From contig NC_058368.1 in the NCBI RefSeq assembly GCF_018350175.1, positions 199,332,001-199,396,000 on the forward strand: a stretch of 64,000 nt of DNA, written 5' to 3'. The translations under genes and the position numbers were made by a program. The notes beneath the pieces are model-generated. The model was not told the DNA's origin. It saw nothing but the letters and a program-made list of their open reading frames with translations, and ran no database searches. Numbering within the stretch: position 1 is the stretch's first letter; every line of letters begins with the position of its first letter. Origin of the DNA: Felis catus. Taxonomy: Eukaryota. This document shows, piece by piece, positions 62,581 to 64,000 of this stretch.

Positions 62581-64000
62581 TTCTCTGGCAATATCTTAAG
62601 ATAGTTTCTACAAGTATCTGGAAGCTTGCTGATTGAAAGAGCAAAGAACCAACTTTGTTGCCCAGAAATGAATAACCAAAGTAAAATTTATTTTTCTCAC
62701 CACACCAAATGAGCCATTAAAATTACAGTGCCCCCAAATAATGAGTACCTTATGAGTACCAAAGACTTTGTAGAAGTGTTTATTTCACAACGAATGCATC
62801 TACTCACCCTGTGTAAAGCTGTTGTGTGCCTGTATTGCCACAGCCCCTGATCTTGAGGTTTTATACTCTAGCACAAACAAGACCAGTGTGGCAGGGCATG
62901 AAGGCCCTTTAGACAGGGAAAAACCAGTAAGCAAATATAATACATGAAACGAAAAGTAAACAAATAGATGACTAATACTGTGATCTGGAGGGAATGGCTT
63001 ATTAATTAGGCAATGGCTCCTCATCATTTTACAAGGCAAAGTTACTAATCCCTTCTCATAAAGTCAGGGTTGCTGATGTACCTGATATTTGTTTTTTCCA
63101 CATTAGAATCCTTTTCTTCTTCATTTAAAAGGGTTCCTAAGCTAGACAAATGAAGCAAAGAATGCTCTGAGACTCTGTGGGATTGAACCATGAGTCTTGG
63201 TCTATGAATTGTAGAGGCATCCTCTGCTGACACTCTTGTGTGAACTTGCAGGCTGGTATGATAAACAATGGTGAAGCAACAAGAACATAACTCAGGAGAC
63301 TTGAAGTGATTATGACCCACATCTCACATTACAGAAACTTAAATATCAACTATCTCTTGTAACTCAGTATGTATTCGTCTGCAATGGAAATTTAATAAGA
63401 AAGACATGAATACCATTCAATATTGGCCAAAAGCCCCTAAGACACTAGCTTAAAAAGTTAATTTCTTACCTCTTTGTTCTATTTATTAACCTGTAGGGAA
63501 ATGATGGCAATGACTGCAACAAAAATGTCTCCTCTTATAATAATGCCCCGTGAAATCCTTAGAGGCTAAACATATTTGTTTCTATTCTTAAGTTACACAG
63601 ACCATCTTTCAGTAATGGAAAGAAATAAACGATCATCTTTAGTTTTGATGTTCGTGAATTATGAGTCATCCCCATTTTGGGAACCTATACTTGTTAAATA
63701 GTGTTATCCTTGACTTACAAGCTCAGGTTTTGCTATTGGAAGCAAGTGCTTCCATTCCCACATTCCTCTCTGCTCTTTTCTTTATACAGTTCAGGACTAA
63801 AAGGAGTAAACATTTTAAACTTGAACATTTTTAATTTTTGCTTTTCTGTGGATAGTAAGCATAATATTACCATTCTTGATGTAATAATGACAGATGTTTG
63901 AAGACAATGTGACCTCGTTGATTTTAGTTGCCTGGTTTTTTTTTTTTTTGGTCAGACTAGATATTTCTGTTTAACTAAAGTTAATTTGCTTTTGTATTTT

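Noticed and set aside
63661..63669. Isolated AP-1 site ATGAGTCAT
   Set aside because: Short motif with no cluster or CpG signal to support a call.

Overview
Mammalian genomic DNA, very probably from a cat-family carnivore: it carries about 39 tRNA-derived carnivore SINEs (SINEC/Can-SINE type) and young carnivore L1 3' ends. The only protein-coding gene I can support is follistatin (FST) on the minus strand. It has six coding exons (ATG at 19858, TAA at 14571-14573), all introns are GT-AG, and the CDS totals 1035 nt (344 aa). An alternative upstream acceptor (14916) gives the short FST317/FS288 isoform. The gene has a CpG-island promoter, an intron-1 SMAD/forkhead enhancer-like block and a long AU-rich 3' UTR. 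The rest is intergenic and rich in transposon fossils: SINEs, L1, L2, MIR, MLT1, MER5A and a full-length Tigger1 nested in a 5'-inverted L1. I found no convincing new protein-coding or RNA-gene system. The best leads are an orphan NRF1/ETS promoter-like element about 21.5 kb upstream of FST, a chain of three overlapping palindromes about 1.8 kb upstream of the ATG, the nested L1/Tigger1/SINE structure with a reused target site, and two weak ancient retroelement fossils. Repeat family names and repeat boundaries are by eye and approximate; FST exon boundaries were checked base by base.
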